This document shows, in pieces, positions 22,184 to 26,023 of a stretch of 26,023 nucleotides of DNA. Under the pieces are notes generated by a model that worked only from the letters and a program-made list of their open reading frames with translations, did no database searches and was not told the DNA's origin. A program made the position numbers and the translations under genes. The stretch comes from Ginkgo biloba (Eukaryota > Plantae > Ginkgophyta), in NCBI GenBank assembly GCA_024626585.2, contig JANKJI020000002.1, positions 241,531,697-241,557,719 of the forward strand. The letters are read 5' to 3'. Each line of letters begins with the position of its first letter. Position 1 is the first letter of the stretch.

Positions 22184-22419
22184 NNNNNNNNNNNNNNNNN
22201 NNNNNNNNNNNNNNNNNNNNNNNNNNNNNNNNNNNNNNNNNNNNNNNNNNNNNNNNNNNNNNNNNNNNNNNNNNNNNNNNNNNATTATGCAAACACACCT
22301 TCAAGATCATATATATGGTCTCGTGCCAACCTCCTCAAATCTAAACTTGGGGATTTATTTGGCATGGGATTTAGCTTGAACAATGTTATAGATTATGAAA
22401 TTACTAATCTTTAGAGGGA

Positions 22420-23630
22420 AAGAATGGAAATCAACCTTCTTCCACCTTGGAGAAACTTTAGTATAGGTGGATTGAATCTCCCAACATACCTCATATGATA
22501 CAACCTAGTCATCTATATATTTTGACAAATAATATGGGGAACCATCAAAACCATATAATTTGCATTATCTTAGTAGAATACTCTATGGAAATTAGTAATG
22601 TAATCTATAAGTCCATTTATGAAAAAATGTTAAACGTAATTGATGATAAAATCCTACCCCAATAGTTACATTGATAATCTATATAAAGTGGCAATGTATT
22701 AAATAAGAGAAGAATTAAATGGTAGATAAGTGTATCGATTTAATCCATTAGATGAACAAAAATTACATCTATAATAATTTAAATAATTTGAAGACAATAT
22801 AGTTTTGAAATTTATTGGGAAACACTACATTAATATTTAATAAGATATTTATCTCCTTTAGATTACTACATTCAAGGAAGAGCTAAGAAGGAAATCTAAG
22901 AAAAATATAAATAAGGAGGGAAATAAGTTTTAAATAATAACTATTTCAAAGGGTTGAAATGATCCTAAAGGTTTTTATCATCATTATAATTCAAGGGACA
23001 TTTTAATGAGAATAATTGGTTAAAGAATGAATCTAAAACTCTTTTTATCCATAAGGAGGGAATGAAAGATAATCTTTAAGTTTATTTAAGAAGTATTGAA
23101 ATAAGAAAAATTTTCAATCTTTAATAAATTAGTTACGAATTTTGACTATTAATTTTTTTTTTTTTATGAAGTTCAATTGATAACAAAGGAGAACAAATTT
23201 ATGGTAACTCAATAATATCAAGTAAAATTTATAATTACTCTAGAATTTAATCATTATGTACAATATGGTATGATTCCTTTAGATTGTGCAAGTGTACTAC
23301 TTAAAATTTCATAGTTTCATAATCAATATACCATATACTATAGAAGGATAAATCATTATAAGATTAAAGGAGAAGATAAAGTCATCTCAATAAGTATTAA
23401 ATTTGAATATATAAGGAAGTATTATTCTACTATCTCATGTAAGGGTGAAATATCTTCTTTGTTTATGGTATGACATTAGAGTGATAATGGTTGAACAATA
23501 ATATAATAACTTATAGAAAGAAGATGAATTAATATCCAAAGGGAACTTGAAGATGCTTCATTGTTATGTGGATGAATTCCCTAACTGTTATAAATTGGAT
23601 CAGACTGAAAGACTACAAGATTTTTTTCCA
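22420..23630 (+). pseudogene. Very old Ty3/Gypsy gag zinc knuckle and protease remnant
   Basis: YHHYNS-KGHFNENNW at ~22976-23020 is a CCHC knuckle with TGT>TAT decay. FIITLEFNHYVQYGMIPLDCASVLLKIS*FHNQYTIYYRRINHYKI at ~23228-23365 matches the Gypsy protease C-half (..CDVVPLD.C.VLLG.PY..DR.A.Y.RR.N.Y). Confidence 0.65.
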
Positions 23631-24837
23631 CTAAAATCAATAAATTTAGTTTTGGCTTATAAAGTTTTCTATAATTGAAGTACTTCTTTCCATATTACTA
23701 TCATATAGTAGAAATTCATATTCTTTGTGTTTTTATAAACACTATGTAAGTAAAACAATAGAAGTTTGGTACTTAATTTTAGATCTACACATATTATAGC
23801 TTAATCATGGTTTTTAGTTTAGTATTTAATATTTCTAACTCCTTAACCAACTCTACTCTATGTCCGTTTTTATCACTTGTAGATCTTCATCCCTAGCTTA
23901 TAAGGCTCATTTGGATATAATTTTCTTAGGTAATTGAATTATAGATTTATACAAACTGAACAACAAATTCTCACATACAAATTAAAGAATTGGATTCAAT
24001 GTCAAAAAATGCATGCATTAGTGAAATATTGTCTTTGTCCCAATAAGGGATAAATTCGTCATAAAATAGAGGAAATGTTTTGTAAAATTTCACCTTTACC
24101 TCTCTTCAACAACAACAAAATTTTCATATTAATTATAAATATATAATTTTTCAAGCATTTACTAGTTATATAGATTTGAAAGGCCTTGTTGTGTTTGCAG
24201 CTTGACAACATAACTTTTCAACCTATTTTCTTGGGAATATAATACACATGCCAACATCCTTTATTAGTAAACATAGCATAAGTACNNNNNNNNNNNNNNN
24301 NNNNNNNNNNNNNNNNNNNNNNNNNNNNNNNNNNNNNNNNNNNNNNNNNNNNNNNNNNNNNNNNNNNNNNNNNNNNNNNNNNNNNNNNNNNNNNNNNNNN
24401 NNNNNNNNNNNNNNNNNNNNNNNNNNNNNNNNNNNNNNNNNNNNNNNNNNNNNNNNNNNNNNNNNNNNNNNNNNNNNNNNNNNNNNNNNNNNNNNNNNNN
24501 NNNNNNNNNNNNNNNNNNNNNNNNNNNNNNNNNNNNNNNNNNNNNNNNNNNNNNNNNNNNNNNNNNNNNNNNNNNNNNNNNNNNNNNNNNNNNNNNNNNN
24601 NNNNNNNNNNNNNNNNNNNNNNNNNNNNNNNNNNNNNNNNNNNNNNNNNNNNNNNNNNNNNNNNNNNNNNNNNNNNNNNNNNNNNNNNNNNNNNNNNNNN
24701 NNNNNNNNNNNNNNNNNNNNNNNNNNNNNNNNNNNNNNNNNNNNNNNNNNNNNNNNNNNNNNNNNNNNNNNNNNNNNNNNNNNNNNNNNNNNNNNNNNNN
24801 NNNNNNNNNNNNNNNNNNNNNNNNNNNNNNNNNNNNN

Positions 24838-25341
24838 CAAAGGAGAGATTTTCACTCTTAATAAGTACCTTAGTCTATAAGACAAGGTTTAGATCCAATT
24901 CAACTAAATGAATGAATGAAAAAATAAGGTGCAAAAGATTAAAGGATTGAATTTCCTTATAAGTAATGTTTATAATATAGTCCTTTCCCTCTTAATTTAA
25001 ATTTTCATCTCAATGCTTTCATTCAACTAAATGAACCTTTAATTCCAGTTTTTGAATGAATTCTCATGGAAACTCTATGCACTCTTATAAAAAACTGACA
25101 AAAGATTAGATAACAAAAATCTTATAAAACACATCAACTAGAAATCCATATAGGAAAAGTGACTTCTAGAAATAGTGATCTCGAGACTAAATAACAAAGA
25201 TAACTATGGTAGTATTTTGCTCCATATTATCTTGATTTACACTTTATAATTAAATTTAATAAGCCCTCAAAATTCTCTAGTCCCTATTTAGAGTAGGCCC
25301 ATATGTGCTACCCCTTTTTGGCACATCAATTCCTCCCCTTT
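24838..25341 (-). mobile_element. PPT plus start of a 3' LTR of a - strand LTR element
   Basis: The - strand reads AAAGGGGAGGA-AT-TGATGTGCC (PPT 25331-25341, LTR starts 25328). TATA-like CCCTATTTAGAG at ~25282. Confidence 0.55.
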
Positions 25342-26023
25342 AAGGGAGTAATGACCTTCATTTTTTTCCACTAGATAAGAGAAAGCTTGTAACTTTTATG
25401 AGGACCCTACCTTACTTAAAGTGGGTGAAGATGCCTTTTGTGACTACTTCCACTATGCTACAATTTTCTTATAGTATGAGTTGCCCCTTCTCAACTACCA
25501 AAAAAGAATCTTTAGTGTATGTATGTATCTCCTTGGTTCGTTGGTTGTCCTTATAGTAAAATAATAACAAAGTTTTATAAGATGTAAGCAACGATCTCTT
25601 ATGCTCAATTGGTCCTACACTTAGATGAAAGGCTCTGTGCCTTTTGTTCTTCCATCTCACAATTGTAGCCCATAAATAAGAAAAGAAAATGTTGTCTTTC
25701 AATGTGAAGAAAATAGATAATATCTGATAGTGCATCAATGCATAAAAGAGATATAGAAATGACAATATCCATTGATGGTCTCCTTTTCTTGCTTGGAAGA
25801 TCTAGTGGCTTTTAATGTAGTTTTTGGTTTTGCACCAAGATATGACATAAATGTTCCTATGATGGAGTTCTTTAAGGGTTAATATATCTTGAAGAAGATA
25901 AATGCCTATGTAAGAACATAAGCATGTTCCAAGGGTTTGAGGTTAAATTGTAACCGTTGGAGAGAACTTGCTCCTTTTATCTTAATAAAAAACATTTGCA
26001 TAAATTCCAGGATAACCTTGTTT

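Noticed and set aside
22420-23100. Endogenous caulimovirid coat protein
   Set aside because: The downstream protease-like segment fits Ty3/Gypsy, and no movement protein or viral RT motif is seen.
24223-24885. Long ORFs of 210-220 aa
   Set aside because: They consist almost entirely of the N gap at 24286-24837.
25469-26023. 98-aa - strand ORF, or an integrase C-terminus
   Set aside because: Only weak fragments (SKFSP, TING) are visible. It is likely the 3' internal region of the LTR element but there is too little evidence to call a product.

Overview
AT-rich, heavily gapped draft eukaryotic DNA, almost certainly a large-genome land plant. A gymnosperm-like origin is only my inference from the repeat types. 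Most of the window is a nest of decayed retroelements: Ty3/Gypsy pol (1800-3199, -), Gypsy gag with a tRNA-iMet PBS (8096-9188, -), two diverged copies of a retroelement extra ORF plus LTR (3300-7330, -), an L1 LINE ORF2 (17780-20070, +), a very old Gypsy gag-protease (22420-23630, +), and several solo or partial LTRs. The only apparently non-repetitive island is ~11070-14000. It carries a + strand spliced gene whose last exons encode a candidate Tudor-type domain (…YK|VLYDNKTGERLEWLDL…), with possible divergent - strand exons just upstream. Two unexplained degenerate ORFs lie at 15.7-16.8 kb. I see no prokaryotic features, CRISPR arrays, rRNA or tRNA genes, and no clear new system. All calls come from manual reading and translation, with no database search.
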